64,000 nucleotides of DNA from Kiritimatiellia bacterium. Its GTDB lineage: Bacteria > Verrucomicrobiota > Kiritimatiellia > RFP12 > JAAYLN01. This document shows, piece by piece, positions 26,216-36,788 of the stretch. Where the stretch lies: positions 23,685 to 87,684 of the forward strand of contig JAZQOA010000056.1 of assembly GCA_045627605.1 (NCBI GenBank), given 5' to 3'. A program made the position numbers and the translations under genes. The first letter of the stretch is position 1; each line of letters opens with the position of its first letter. The notes beneath the pieces are model-generated. The model made no database searches and was not told the DNA's origin. It worked only from the letters and a program-made list of their open reading frames with translations.

Positions 26216-28582
26216 ATGAAAAAGACCCTCCTCCTTGCACTCTCGCTGGCCGCCTTCGCGGCGCTCGCCGCGCCGGATCCCGGCGTCTACAGGCAGAAGG
26301 TCCAGGACGTCGCCGTAAGATCGGGCGGCACGGAAATCGCCGGCGACACGGCGGACTTCGTCGCATCGCACGTTTCCGCCGCGAAGGGCGGATTCATCTC
26401 GCAGCGCGAACTCGCCGCCGACCAGCGCAACTTGCTTGACTCGGGCATCTTCTCGGACGTCAGGATCTTCATCGAAAACGTCGCGGACGGCGTGCGCGTC
26501 GTCTACGACGTCAAGGTGGCGCCGCGCGTGCGCCTGCCGCTCGTCATCCGGGGCAACAAGGCCTTTTCCATCGGCCGCGTCCGCGACGTCCTCGACATCG
26601 ACGACGGCGAGCGCATCGACCGCGCGCGCCTCGACGCCGCCTGCGACAAGCTCCGCGAGGCCTACCGCAAGTCCTACTACAACAACGCCTCCGTGAAGGC
26701 CGCCATCGCCGAAGACGGGAAGGGCTTCGCGACCGTTTCGCTCGACATCGAGGAAGGACAGCGCGAAAAACTCCTGACCTTCGTCTTCGAAGGCAACGAG
26801 GCGCTTTCCGCCGGCGAGCTCCGCTCCGCGCTCGGGCGGCCCTCGGACTGGAACCCCTTCAAGATATTCTACTCGCAGTGGCGAATCGACGCCTTCGACC
26901 GCGAACTTGTCCGCGACCGCGTCGCGGCGGCCTACCGCGCAAAGGGCTACCTCGACGTCGAGGTCGGCGAGCCGACGCTCTCCCGGGAAACGCCTGAATC
27001 GCGCCCCGTCATGCACATCCCCGTGAAGGAAGGCCGCCGCTACACGATCAACGCCGCGTCAATCAACGGCGTGTCGCTCTTCCCCGAAAATGAAATCCGC
27101 AAGACGGTCTCGGACTTCGTCAAGCCCGGCACCCCGGCGTCGGACAAGGCCATCGCCGCGGCGGAAAAGGCCGTCCGCGACTACTACGGTTCGCGCGGCT
27201 ACGTCGAGACAGAAGTGGCGGCCAAGGTCGTTTCGCTTCCCGGCCAGGCGGAGGGCGGCGACATCAGGACCACCCTGCGCGTCAACATCAGGGAAGGCTT
27301 CCTCGCCCATGTGCGCTCCGTCGAGATCCGCGGCAACACCTACACCAAGGACAAGGTCGTCCGCCGCGAACTTGTCATCGCCCCGGGCATGCTCATGAAC
27401 GAAGTCCTCGCCGAAGTCTCGCGCAAGCGCGCCGAAAACCTCGGCTACTTCGAGAACGTCCGCATGCGCGAAGTGCCGTCGCCCGACGACCCCGCCCTGC
27501 GCGACGTCATCTTCGAGGTCTCGGAAAAATCAACGGGCATGCTCATGGCCGGCATCGGCACCTCGAACGTCGACGACATCCTCGGCTACGTCGACATCTC
27601 GCAGAACAACTTCGACCTCTTCAACTGGCCGACCTTCCGCGGCGCCGGCCAGAAAATCAGGCTGACCATCTCGGCGGGCTCGACCTCCAACTCGGGCGAA
27701 ATCTCCTGGACCGACCCCTGGTTCCTCGACCGCCAGCAGGCGCTGAACGTCACGCTCTACCGCCGCGAATACGGCTACAGCGAATACGACGAGACGCGCA
27801 TCGGCGGCGACGTTTCGCTCGGCGTGCCGCTGAAATATGGCCGCTTCACCGCGAAGATCGGCGCCGAAATGGTCGAGAACGACGACTTCCTCTGGGGCGT
27901 CTACCACCTCGAAGACGACCCCGGGACGGACTTTTCCTTCGACCAGATCGACCACAAGTACATCCGCGTCCCCCTGCGCCTCTCCTGGTCCTACGACACC
28001 CGCAACCACCCGTTCGTCCCCTCAAGCGGCTCGCGCAACAACATCTTCTTCGAGGCGATGAACTCGTCGTTCGGCTCCGACTACGACCTCTACCGCGTCG
28101 GCGCCGACCTGCGGCAATACGTCCCCGCGTTCTTCAACCACTTCCTCTCGCTGCATCTCCGCGCGGAATCGGTCGACTGCTACGGCGACACCGGCGAGGT
28201 GCCAATGAACGACCGCTACTTCCTCGGCGGCGCGCGCTCCATCCGCGGCTACCGCTACCGCGATGTCGGCCCCAAGGCGATTCCCGGCGAAACGACCGGC
28301 GGCCGCGCCCACCCCGTCGGCGGCCAAACCCTGGCGCTCTTCTCGGCGGAATACAACATCCCCATCGTCAAGGTCCTGCGATTTGCCGCCTTCTACGACG
28401 TCGGCAACGTCTGGGACGACCCCTTCGACGCCGATTTCTCCGAACTCGCCTCAACCTGGGGCCTGGGCATCCGCTTCGACATCCCCGGGTTCCCCATCCG
28501 CCTCGACTACGCGATGCCCCTCTCGCGCGACGACGACTACACGCGGACCGAACGCTTCGTCTTCTCAATAGGATTCGAATAA
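26216..28582 (+). CDS. bamA: Outer-membrane protein assembly factor BamA (Omp85 with POTRA domains)
   Basis: 788 aa. Signal peptide, POTRA-like repeats, and a C-terminal beta-barrel ending ...RFVFSIGFE. Confidence 0.85.
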   Translation: MKKTLLLALSLAAFAALAAPDPGVYRQKVQDVAVRSGGTEIAGDTADFVASHVSAAKGGFISQRELAADQRNLLDSGIFSDVRIFIENVADGVRVVYDVKVAPRVRLPLVIRGNKAFSIGRVRDVLDIDDGERIDRARLDAACDKLREAYRKSYYNNASVKAAIAEDGKGFATVSLDIEEGQREKLLTFVFEGNEALSAGELRSALGRPSDWNPFKIFYSQWRIDAFDRELVRDRVAAAYRAKGYLDVEVGEPTLSRETPESRPVMHIPVKEGRRYTINAASINGVSLFPENEIRKTVSDFVKPGTPASDKAIAAAEKAVRDYYGSRGYVETEVAAKVVSLPGQAEGGDIRTTLRVNIREGFLAHVRSVEIRGNTYTKDKVVRRELVIAPGMLMNEVLAEVSRKRAENLGYFENVRMREVPSPDDPALRDVIFEVSEKSTGMLMAGIGTSNVDDILGYVDISQNNFDLFNWPTFRGAGQKIRLTISAGSTSNSGEISWTDPWFLDRQQALNVTLYRREYGYSEYDETRIGGDVSLGVPLKYGRFTAKIGAEMVENDDFLWGVYHLEDDPGTDFSFDQIDHKYIRVPLRLSWSYDTRNHPFVPSSGSRNNIFFEAMNSSFGSDYDLYRVGADLRQYVPAFFNHFLSLHLRAESVDCYGDTGEVPMNDRYFLGGARSIRGYRYRDVGPKAIPGETTGGRAHPVGGQTLALFSAEYNIPIVKVLRFAAFYDVGNVWDDPFDADFSELASTWGLGIRFDIPGFPIRLDYAMPLSRDDDYTRTERFVFSIGFE

Positions 28583-29604
28583 TGAACACCAGCAAACACG
28601 TGTTGGCGGCGCTTTTCGCCGCGGCACTGGCCACCCTTTCGGGGTGCGGCGGCGGCGAAAGCCGGGCCATCCGCCTCAACTACAGCATATTCTTCCCGCC
28701 GACGCACATCCAGACCGTCCTCGCGGGCGAATGGGCGCGTGAAATCGAGGCGCGAACACAGGGACGCGTCCAGATCCGCATCTTTCCCGGCGGCATCCTG
28801 ACCAAGGCCGACCAATGCTACTCCGGCGTCGTGGACGGCATCTCCGACCTCGGCATGAGTTGCTTCGCCTACACGCGCGGGCGCTTCCCGCTCATCGAAG
28901 GCCTCGACCTGCCCGTGGGCTACCGCGACGGCGCTTCCGCCACGCGCATCGCCAGCGCGATGATCGCCAAGTACAACCCGGCGGAACTGAAGGACGTCCA
29001 CTTCCTCTACGCCCACGCCCACGGCCCCGGCGTGATTGCCTCGCGGACGCCCGTCCGCACCGCCGAGGACCTCAAAAACCTCTCGGTCAGGGCGACGGGA
29101 CTCTCCGCCAAGATTGTCGACGCCCTTGGCGGCAACTCGATCGGCATGGCGCAATCCGACACCTACGAGGCGCTCCAGAAGGGCGTCGTCAGCGCCACCT
29201 TCTGCCCGGTCGAGACGCTCAAGGGCTGGAAGCAGGGCGAAGTCATCAAGCACGTCACGAAGACCCCCGCCACCGGCTACACGACCGTGATGTTCGTCGT
29301 GATGAACAAGGAACGCTGGGAAAGCCTCCCGCCCGACATCCAAAAGGTCTTCGAGGAGGTCACCGCCGAGTGGCTGCCCAAGCACGGCGAAGGCTGGAAC
29401 CAGGCCGACGCCGCCGGCTGGGAGATGCTCGCGGAACTGGGCAAGGACGTCTACGAACTCGACGACGCCGAAACGGCGCGGTGGACCGGGATGGTCTCGC
29501 CCATGCTGGAGCAGTTCGCCGAGAAAGCCGAAGGCAAGGGCCTCCCCGGAAAGGCCTTCCTCGCCGACCTGCTGAAACTCGTGAAGGAGGATGAAGGCAA
29601 ATGA
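28582..29604 (+). CDS. dctP: TRAP transporter substrate-binding protein (DctP family), lipoprotein
   Basis: Lipobox LSGC. DctP-like fold. TAATG overlap with bamA. Confidence 0.85.
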   Translation: MNTSKHVLAALFAAALATLSGCGGGESRAIRLNYSIFFPPTHIQTVLAGEWAREIEARTQGRVQIRIFPGGILTKADQCYSGVVDGISDLGMSCFAYTRGRFPLIEGLDLPVGYRDGASATRIASAMIAKYNPAELKDVHFLYAHAHGPGVIASRTPVRTAEDLKNLSVRATGLSAKIVDALGGNSIGMAQSDTYEALQKGVVSATFCPVETLKGWKQGEVIKHVTKTPATGYTTVMFVVMNKERWESLPPDIQKVFEEVTAEWLPKHGEGWNQADAAGWEMLAELGKDVYELDDAETARWTGMVSPMLEQFAEKAEGKGLPGKAFLADLLKLVKEDEGK

Positions 29605-30086
29605 AAAGCACATGGGATCCGTTGAGGGGGCTCGTCAAGTGGGCCGGCAAAATCTCAGCCCTCGGAGTTCTCTTCATGATGGCGGTCACCTGCGTCGACA
29701 TCGTCCTCCGCCGCTTCGGGACGGCCATTCCCGGGGCCTACGACCTCGTGCGGCTTGGCGGCGGCGTGACAATTGCCGCGGCGCTGCCGCTCACGACGGC
29801 GGTCAAGGGACACGTCGCCATCGAATACTTCTTCCACCGGATGGGCCGCGTGGGCCGGCTCGTGGTTGACTCGGCCATGCGCCTCCTGCAGGCGGCGCTC
29901 TTCCTCTTCGCGACCGTGGCCTTCGTCCGCTACGGCAACAGGCTGCTCGCCAGCGGCGAGGTCATGCCCACGCTGCAGTGCCCGGTCTTCTGGCTCGCCT
30001 GGCTTGTGGCCCTCTCCTGCCTGCTGACCGCGCTCGTCTCCCTCTTCCATCTCGCCAAACCCTCCGAGGAGTTTATCCGCAAATGA
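29601..30086 (+). CDS. dctQ: TRAP transporter small permease (DctQ)
   Basis: 161-aa protein with 4 transmembrane segments between dctP and dctM. Overlapping start/stop. Confidence 0.8.
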   Translation: MKSTWDPLRGLVKWAGKISALGVLFMMAVTCVDIVLRRFGTAIPGAYDLVRLGGGVTIAAALPLTTAVKGHVAIEYFFHRMGRVGRLVVDSAMRLLQAALFLFATVAFVRYGNRLLASGEVMPTLQCPVFWLAWLVALSCLLTALVSLFHLAKPSEEFIRK

Positions 30087-31384
30087 CACCTCTCGCAATC
30101 GGCGTGCTCGGGCTCGCCGCGCTTTTCCTGCTTCTCGTCGCCTCGCTCCCCGTGGCGTTTGTCATGACCGTTGTCGGCGTCGCAGGCTTCGCCGCCATCG
30201 TCTCGCCCCACGCGGCCCTCGCGGTTCTCGCCGCCGACTTCCAGGACTCCTTCACGAACTACGGGCTCACGGTCATCCCGCTCTTCGTCTTCATGGGCCA
30301 GGTCTGTTTCCACACCGGCATCAGCGCCAGGCTTTTCGCCTCGGCCAACAAGTGGTTCGGCGCGCTGCCGGGCGGGCTCGCCATGGCGACGGTCGGCGCC
30401 TGCGCCGCCTTCGGCGCGATCTGCGGCTCGGGCCCCGCGACGGCCGCGACGATGGCCGCCGTCGCCCTGCCCGAAATGCGCCGCCACAACTACAGCCCGT
30501 CCCTCGCGGCCGGTACGATTGCCGCGGGCGGTTCGCTTGGCATGCTGATCCCGCCGAGCGTGGTCTTCATTGTCTACGGCATCCTCACCGAGCAGTCCAT
30601 CGGCAAGCTCTTCATCGCCGGCGTCCTGCCCGGACTGCTCGTGTCGCTGCTCTTCTGCGCGGTCATCGCCGTGCTCTGCCTCCGCGACCCGACCTGCGCC
30701 CCGCGGCAACCCGCCTGCCCCCTCCGCGAGAAAATCCGCTCCCTCAAGGGCGTCGTCGAAACGCTCGTCCTCTTCGCACTCGTCATCGGCGGCATGTTCG
30801 GCGGGCTCTTCACACCGACCGAAGGCGCGGCCTTTGGCGCCGCAGGTTCGCTCATCGTCGCGGCGGCAGTGCGCAAGCTCACCCTCAAGATGGTCTCGAA
30901 AGCGCTTGAGGAGACCATCCGCACCTCCTGCATGGTCATGATCATCGTCGCGGGCGCCTCGGTCTTCGGGCACTTCCTCGCCGTCACGGGCATTCCCACG
31001 GCCCTCGCGCAATGGCTCTCGGCCCTCCCCCTCCCGGCCTGGATCGTCATCCTCATCATCGGCGCCTTCTACCTCGTCGCCGGTTGCTTCGTCGATTCGC
31101 TGGCGCTCGTCATGCTCACCGTGCCGATCTTCTACCCGGTCATCCTCAAGCTCGGCTACGACCCGATCTGGTTCGGCGTCTTCATCGTCGTCATCACGCA
31201 GATGGGCGTGATCACGCCGCCCGTGGGCGTCAACGTCTACGTCGTGAGCGGCATCGACCGCTCCGTGCCCATCCACGACATCTTCCGCGGCGCAATGCCC
31301 TTCCTCGCGGCGCTCGTCGCCGCAATTGCGCTCCTCATCATCGTCCCCGGCCTGGCCACGTGGCTTCCGGCTTGCGCAAACTAA
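30083..31384 (+). CDS. dctM: TRAP transporter large permease (DctM)
   Basis: 433-aa polytopic membrane protein. ATGA overlap with dctQ. Confidence 0.9.
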   Translation: MTPLAIGVLGLAALFLLLVASLPVAFVMTVVGVAGFAAIVSPHAALAVLAADFQDSFTNYGLTVIPLFVFMGQVCFHTGISARLFASANKWFGALPGGLAMATVGACAAFGAICGSGPATAATMAAVALPEMRRHNYSPSLAAGTIAAGGSLGMLIPPSVVFIVYGILTEQSIGKLFIAGVLPGLLVSLLFCAVIAVLCLRDPTCAPRQPACPLREKIRSLKGVVETLVLFALVIGGMFGGLFTPTEGAAFGAAGSLIVAAAVRKLTLKMVSKALEETIRTSCMVMIIVAGASVFGHFLAVTGIPTALAQWLSALPLPAWIVILIIGAFYLVAGCFVDSLALVMLTVPIFYPVILKLGYDPIWFGVFIVVITQMGVITPPVGVNVYVVSGIDRSVPIHDIFRGAMPFLAALVAAIALLIIVPGLATWLPACAN

Positions 31385-31402
31385 AGGAAAGAGAGGCAGA
31401 CC

Positions 31403-31849
31403 ATGGAAATCGGATTCCAAAAGATTCTTTTCTGCACCGACTTCTCGAAAGGCGCAGCCAAGGCGTTCAAATTCGCCTTGAAATCGGCGGTCAACAACAA
31501 GGCCAGGCTCTTCATCATGCACGTCCTGCCCGAAGCGGACGCCCAGTTCTGGAAGGGGTATGTCGTCGCGGACGACCGCGACATCGAGGCCAAGGCGCGC
31601 GAAGCGCTCCACGAGAAGGTCGCCGCCGAATACCTCTCGCAAATACCCGAAGGCGTGGAGTGCGAGACGGTTTACCGCGTCGGCAACGCCGCGCAGCAGA
31701 TCGTCGATTTCGCGCGCGAACGGGAAATCTCCCTCGTTGTCATCACCCGGCCAAGGCCGCGCTTCCTGCGCTCGTTCCTCTACGGCAGCACCGCGTCGAA
31801 AGTCGCGCGCACCGTCCCCTGCCCCCTGCTGGTTGTTCCCGCCGAATAA
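31403..31849 (+). CDS. Universal stress protein (UspA family)
   Basis: 148 aa, with KILFCTDFS ... GSTASKVARTVPCPLLVV, typical of UspA. Confidence 0.85.
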   Translation: MEIGFQKILFCTDFSKGAAKAFKFALKSAVNNKARLFIMHVLPEADAQFWKGYVVADDRDIEAKAREALHEKVAAEYLSQIPEGVECETVYRVGNAAQQIVDFAREREISLVVITRPRPRFLRSFLYGSTASKVARTVPCPLLVVPAE

Positions 31850-32294
31850 GGCAAGTCCCCGTTGTCCGATGAGCAATCGCTTCCCAGCGTAGTCTGCGCT
31901 GGGTTGCGATTTCCCATCTTTCATCGTTCATCCCACGAAGCGGCATCATCAACGGCGATATTTGAAGTCCAGACCGCAGGAACGACTTCTCGTAGCGAAA
32001 AGCAAAGAAATCGCGCCGGGGCGATTCCACGATCGTCCCGACACGGTCGCCCCAAAGCGAGACATTGACGCGGGAAACGTGCCTGAAGGTCGTTAATATT
32101 ATATTACAACTGTTCTTATAAAGGCAATAGCAAAATCATGAATAAATAAAGGGACAGTCAATGAATTGAGGCTGTTTTCATTTTTGGCATCGGCGATGAG
32201 AATACCGTGCGGAAGTCTCGCCAAGACTGGTGGCCCGTTTGCCTCCCCGGATGCTTACGCGGTTTTACGTTACGTAAAATCACATAAGCAGCGA

Positions 32295-32323
32295 TTGCCG
32301 CAGTTCGCGGCGTTTGGTATAAT
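32295..32323 (+). promoter_or_regulatory. Sigma70-like promoter with extended -10 (TTGCCG-N17-TGgTATAAT), preceded by palindrome TTTTACG-N3-CGTAAAA at 32263-32279
   Basis: The hexamers lie in an AT-rich island upstream of the 32422 ATPase gene. Confidence 0.45.
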
Positions 32324-32421
32324 GAAGGGGAATGGCAAGACCTCGCCCTTGTGATTCGGCCGATGCCTTGGGCATCGGACAGGATCGGTTGCGGGACTGG
32401 CTCCATTTTTAAGGCTAAGTT

Positions 32422-33141
32422 ATGTTTTCAAATCCGTTCAAATTCGGCAGGGAAGTTTCGGGCGACCAGTTTTATGATCGCACGAAGGCTTTTGACAAGT
32501 TGTACCGTCGGCTTGCCTGGGGATCGAGCAATGTCGTCATGTACGCCCCGCGGCGATATGGCAAGACCTCGTTGGTCAAGAAAGTCCTGGGCCGTCTTGA
32601 GGGCGAGGGTGTCCCGACAGTTTCCGTTGACTTGAACAAGGTCGCCAACATCGAGAAGTTTTGCGAACTCTACGCCCTCGCCCTCTGCAAGATTGCCGGG
32701 CAGGGGCAGTCAATTGCCAATCGTGTCGCGAATTTCCTGTCGCATCTGAACCCGACATTTTCATTTGGCGGAGAATCCGTCGTGTCCGTGAAATTCAACT
32801 ACGGCGCCAAAATGACGGAAAAGTCACTCTCGTCTGTCCTTGACCTTGCGGAGAAGCTTGCCGCGGAAGTTGTCGGGAAGCCCATCGTCGTCGCGTTCGA
32901 CGAATTTCAGGAAATTGAGCGACTTTCGTCTTTGTCGGTTATGCAGCGGCTGCTTGTCGCGGCCCTTGCCGCCGAACCTGTACGGGAGTTCACCGAAGAC
33001 TACCGCGCACGGCATGCGCTCGGCGGTTCCTCCACCGTCCACACGGCACTCAAGGCGGTGATAAAAAAGGGTCTTGTCGAAAGCGAGGCCGACGGTTATT
33101 TTCTCGGCGATCCTTTTTTCGCGAGGTACATCCGCAACTGA
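32422..33141 (+). CDS. Short AAA-type ATP-binding protein (archaeal-ATPase/PF01637-like N-terminal domain only)
   Basis: Walker A APRRYGKTSL and Walker B VVAFDEFQE. It is 239 aa, so it lacks the usual C-terminal DUF234-type extension. Lower GC than the neighbours. Confidence 0.65.
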   Translation: MFSNPFKFGREVSGDQFYDRTKAFDKLYRRLAWGSSNVVMYAPRRYGKTSLVKKVLGRLEGEGVPTVSVDLNKVANIEKFCELYALALCKIAGQGQSIANRVANFLSHLNPTFSFGGESVVSVKFNYGAKMTEKSLSSVLDLAEKLAAEVVGKPIVVAFDEFQEIERLSSLSVMQRLLVAALAAEPVREFTEDYRARHALGGSSTVHTALKAVIKKGLVESEADGYFLGDPFFARYIRN

Positions 33142-33165
33142 AGCCGCCTGCGCGGCCTGCCTTCC

Positions 33166-34614
33166 CTACCGCTCGATCGCGGCGCGGGCCGCCGCCAGAT
33201 CGGTGAAAACCCCGGCGGAGAGCATCTGCACAATGAGGTTGCCGATGGCCGTGCCTTCCACGGGGCCGGCAATGACTTCGAGGCCCGTTGCCTGCGCGGT
33301 GAGTTCGTTGAGCAGGCCGTCGCGGCAGCCGCCGCCGACGATGTTGATGGACGTGTATTTTTTCCCGGTGATGCCCGAAAGCCCTTCGATCGCCTCGCGG
33401 TAGCATTCCGCAAGGCTCTGGTACACGCACCGCATCAGTTCGCCGACGGTCGCGGGCGCGGCGAAGCCGCCCTCCGCGCAGGCCCTGCACACTTCCCCGA
33501 CCATGCTCGCGGGCGACATGAAGCGGTTGTCGTTGACGTTGACGCGGCCCTCGTATTTCGCCGCGCGCGCCAACCCCTCGAGTTCCGCGAAGCTGAAGGG
33601 CCGCCCCTCGCGCCCCGCGGCAAACGCCGCCGCGTCGCCGGTCTGCTCGCGCCCCTTCACGTAGGAGACGCCATTGAGTTCGCGGCGGATCGACTGGATC
33701 ATCCAGAGGCCCATGATGTTCTTGAGGTAGCGGAAGCGGTAGGCGTAGCCACCTTCGTTGGTGAAGTTGGCCCTCCGGCTCGCCTCCGTCGTGATCGGGG
33801 CCGCGTTTTCAACGCCGAGGAGCGACCAGGTGCCGCTCGAAATGTAAACGGCCCGGTCATCGCGCGCCGGGACGGCCAGGTAGGCGCTGGCCGTGTCGTG
33901 CGAGGCGGAGAGAACCACCTTGCAGTTGAAGCCAGTCTCGCGCGCGACCTCCGGGAGCAGCGGGCCGACCTCCGCGCCGGGCATGGAGAGTTCGCCGAAG
34001 ATGCGCTGCGGGAATCCCAGCCGCGCGATGAGGTCGCGGTCCCAGTCCTTCGCCTCGGCATTGAGCAGGTTGGTCGTCGAGGAATCCGTGTAGTCGTGGA
34101 CGATCCGGCCCGTGAGCCTGAAGGCAAGGTATTCGGGCATCAGCAGCAGGTGCGCGGCCTTTTCGAGTGCCGCGGGGTCGTCGCGGCGCAAGGCGGCGAG
34201 CTGGTAGATGGTGTTGAACGGCATCTTCTGGATGCCGGCGCGCGCGTAGAGTTCCTCTTCGGGCACGGCCTGGAAGACGAGGGCGTCGGCGCCGTCCGTG
34301 CGCGGGTCGCGGTAGGCCACGGCATCGCAGCAGGGCGCCAGCGACTCGTCGAGAAGCACGAAATCCACGCCCCAGGTGTCGATGCCGACGGTTTCGGGAA
34401 TCTTCCCGGCCGCACCGCAGGCCTTGATGCCCGCGACAACGTGGCGGACGAGGCTCTCCACGTCCCAGCAGTCGTGCCCGCCGCGGCGGACTTGCACGTT
34501 GTCGAAGCGGTAGACCTCCTCCAACTTGATTTTGCCGTCCGCGACGTGGCCGAGGATGTGGCGGCCGCTTGAGGCGCCGATGTCGATTGCGAGGAAGTAT
34601 CTTTCGGTGGACAT
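33166..34614 (-). CDS. rhaB: Rhamnulokinase (FGGY family)
   Basis: AIDIGASSGR, GIDTWGVDFVLLD, FNTIYQL, LKNIMGLW and VGGGCRD closely match RhaB. Start taken at MSTERYF (ATG at 34614). Confidence 0.9.
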   Translation of the reverse strand: MSTERYFLAIDIGASSGRHILGHVADGKIKLEEVYRFDNVQVRRGGHDCWDVESLVRHVVAGIKACGAAGKIPETVGIDTWGVDFVLLDESLAPCCDAVAYRDPRTDGADALVFQAVPEEELYARAGIQKMPFNTIYQLAALRRDDPAALEKAAHLLLMPEYLAFRLTGRIVHDYTDSSTTNLLNAEAKDWDRDLIARLGFPQRIFGELSMPGAEVGPLLPEVARETGFNCKVVLSASHDTASAYLAVPARDDRAVYISSGTWSLLGVENAAPITTEASRRANFTNEGGYAYRFRYLKNIMGLWMIQSIRRELNGVSYVKGREQTGDAAAFAAGREGRPFSFAELEGLARAAKYEGRVNVNDNRFMSPASMVGEVCRACAEGGFAAPATVGELMRCVYQSLAECYREAIEGLSGITGKKYTSINIVGGGCRDGLLNELTAQATGLEVIAGPVEGTAIGNLIVQMLSAGVFTDLAAARAAIER

Positions 34615-34627
34615 TTGGCAGGTTCTC

Positions 34628-35806
34628 CTATTCCGCCGGGGCGGCGGGCCGTCCGAGGACGGCGAGCACGGCTTCGGCCGCGCGGCGCGCGGCGTCGCCG
34701 CCGCCAAGCGCCTCGTTGACTTCGCGCAGGCCGTCGATCGCCGCGTTGCGGCTGGCGGTGTCCGTGACGTATTCGACGAGCTTGTCGGCCAGCGCCTCGG
34801 GCGTGAGGTCGTGCTGGATGAGTTCGGGCATGATTTTCTTGCCGGTGATGAGGTTGGCGAGCCCAATGCAACCCGCCTTGCGAAGGACGATGCGCCCAAT
34901 GCGGTACGTGAGCCACGACGCCCGGTACACCAGCACCGTCGGGCACAGCATCAGCGACGCCTCAAGCGTGGCGGTGCCCGAAGTGACGGCGGCGGCCTCG
35001 GCCTGGCGAAGCACTTCGCGCGCCATGCCGTCAACGACGGCGAGGTGCGAGGGCTTTCGCGGCGCGGCGTCGATCACGGCGTTGATCTGGGCGCGGATGC
35101 GGTCCGACGACGCCGGCACGATGAAACTGGCGGGTTCCTCAAGCTGCGCCTCGACCTGTGCCGCGGCGGCGAGCATGTCGGGGAGGAGTTTTGCGATTTC
35201 CCCGGGGCGGCTCCCCGGAAGAAGCGCGATGCGCCGCCCCGAGGCCAGCCACGGGAGTTCCGCCTCGGGCGAGGCGTGCGTTTCGGCGGCGCGGTCAATG
35301 AGCGGGTGCCCCGCGAAAACGGGGCGGAGCTTCGTCGGCGCGAAGCAGGCGGGCTCAAAGGGGAAGATCGTGACGAGGGCGTCGAGGACTTCGGCTATTT
35401 TCCAGATGCGGCTCCGGTGCCAGACCCACACCTGCGGGCAGATGTAGTGGACGGTCTTCACGCCGTTTTTCTTCGCGGCGGCGGCCAGGCGGAGGTTGAA
35501 GCCGGGATAGTCGACGGTGAGCAGGATGTCGGGCCGCCAGTCGCGGATTTCGTCCGTCATCCGGCGGAGCAGGCGCGCGAAGAAACGGAGGCGCTTGAGC
35601 ACCTCCCAGAATCCAATCACCGCGATCGAGTCGCAGTGGAGCAACTGCTCCTGGCCCGCCTCGCGCATCGCGTCGCCGCCGATGCCGCGGAAAACCACGG
35701 GCCGCGGCGAAAACTCGCGGAGGGCGCGCATCAGGGGCGCGGCATGCTGGTCGCCCGAGGCTTCGCCGGCGACAATGAAAATCCTGAGAGGTTCCTCTTC
35801 GTTCAT
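34628..35806 (-). CDS. lpxB: Lipid-A-disaccharide synthase
   Basis: LRIFIVAGEASGD...DYPGFN are LpxB motifs. Start at MNEEEP. ATGA overlap with the lpxI stop. Confidence 0.9.
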   Translation of the reverse strand: MNEEEPLRIFIVAGEASGDQHAAPLMRALREFSPRPVVFRGIGGDAMREAGQEQLLHCDSIAVIGFWEVLKRLRFFARLLRRMTDEIRDWRPDILLTVDYPGFNLRLAAAAKKNGVKTVHYICPQVWVWHRSRIWKIAEVLDALVTIFPFEPACFAPTKLRPVFAGHPLIDRAAETHASPEAELPWLASGRRIALLPGSRPGEIAKLLPDMLAAAAQVEAQLEEPASFIVPASSDRIRAQINAVIDAAPRKPSHLAVVDGMAREVLRQAEAAAVTSGTATLEASLMLCPTVLVYRASWLTYRIGRIVLRKAGCIGLANLITGKKIMPELIQHDLTPEALADKLVEYVTDTASRNAAIDGLREVNEALGGGDAARRAAEAVLAVLGRPAAPAE

Positions 35807-36639
35807 GGCCTTAGGGGGGCGGGAGGGAGGCCGGAATCCAGCGCGACGACGGCAATGCCGTGGCGGTCCGCCTCCCGGATGACTTCTTCGCGGTCGAGAA
35901 GGATGGCGCGTCCGGCCTGGAAGGCGAGGGCGGACGCCTTTGAGCGCACGAGCCGCCGCATCGTCTCCTTGCCGACGACGGGGATGTCGAAGCGCATGTC
36001 GTGGCCGTCGCGGGCAACCTTGACGACGACGGCGCCGCGCCCGCCGAGCCGGCAGCCGCGCTTGATGGCGGCGTTGGTCCCCTCGAAAGCCTCGACGGCG
36101 AGAACCATGCCGTCCTTGACGACGACGGTCTGGCCGACGTCGACGACGCCGACCGCCATGGCGGCCGCGTGGCCGCGCGCAATGTCGGCTTCCTCGCGGG
36201 CGTCGGGTGCGCGCCGCGTCAGTACGCCGGCCTGGGGGATGCAATCGTCCATGTAGGACGAAGCGGGCAGCACGCGCAAGCCGAAACCCGAGAGATATTC
36301 GAGAACGGCGCCGAAAATCGAGTGCGCGCATTTCGCGCCGAGCTTGGCGAGGATGCCGCGGGCAACGGGATCGAAACGGGTGGTGAAAAGCGCGGCGGGC
36401 GAAATCTGGCCGGCCAAAACGACGTTCTTGACGCCGGTCGAGAGGATCCAGTCTTTCATCCGCCCGACTTCGCCGACGCCGAAGCGGGCGCTGAAGTCGG
36501 CGGCGCAAAGCGAACGCGAAGTCTGGCCGCGGAAAGCCAGGACGCCGATGCGGCCAACCCCCGCCTTCCTCGCCCCGTCAAGCAACAGGCGCGGATAGCG
36601 TCCTTTGCCCGCGATGATCAAAAGATCGTCGTTGTCCAT
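35803..36639 (-). CDS. lpxI: UDP-2,3-diacylglucosamine hydrolase LpxI (DUF1009)
   Basis: DVGQTVVVKDGMVLAVEAFEGTN...IPVVGKETM...AGRAILLDREEVI matches the LpxI C-terminal domain. The ORF track extension through the tRNA is rejected. Confidence 0.85.
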   Translation of the reverse strand: MDNDDLLIIAGKGRYPRLLLDGARKAGVGRIGVLAFRGQTSRSLCAADFSARFGVGEVGRMKDWILSTGVKNVVLAGQISPAALFTTRFDPVARGILAKLGAKCAHSIFGAVLEYLSGFGLRVLPASSYMDDCIPQAGVLTRRAPDAREEADIARGHAAAMAVGVVDVGQTVVVKDGMVLAVEAFEGTNAAIKRGCRLGGRGAVVVKVARDGHDMRFDIPVVGKETMRRLVRSKASALAFQAGRAILLDREEVIREADRHGIAVVALDSGLPPAPLRP

Positions 36640-36646
36640 AAAAAAA

Positions 36647-36720
36647 TGGAGCGGGCGAAGGGAATCGAACCCTCGTGACCAGCTTGGAAGGCTGGTGTTC
36701 TGCCATTGAACTACGCCCGC
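36647..36720 (-). tRNA. tRNA-Gly (anticodon TCC)
   Basis: GCGGGCGTAGTTCAATGGCAGAACACCAGCCTTCCAAGCTGGTCACGAGGGTTCGATTCCCTTCGCCCGCTCCA. It has a 7-bp acceptor stem, D/anticodon/T arms, anticodon loop CTTCCAA, and an encoded CCA. Confidence 0.92.
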
Positions 36721-36788
36721 TCTTTCACTGAAAAAGTTGCCTATTATTCTACTTGAAAACGAAACGGCAGTCAAGAACCGCAACGCCG

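Noticed and set aside
36647-36720. tRNA-Gly as an integration site of a genomic island or prophage
   Set aside because: There is no integrase, direct-repeat duplication of the tRNA 3' end, or phage-like genes on either side. The neighbours are lpxI and alpha-galactosidase.
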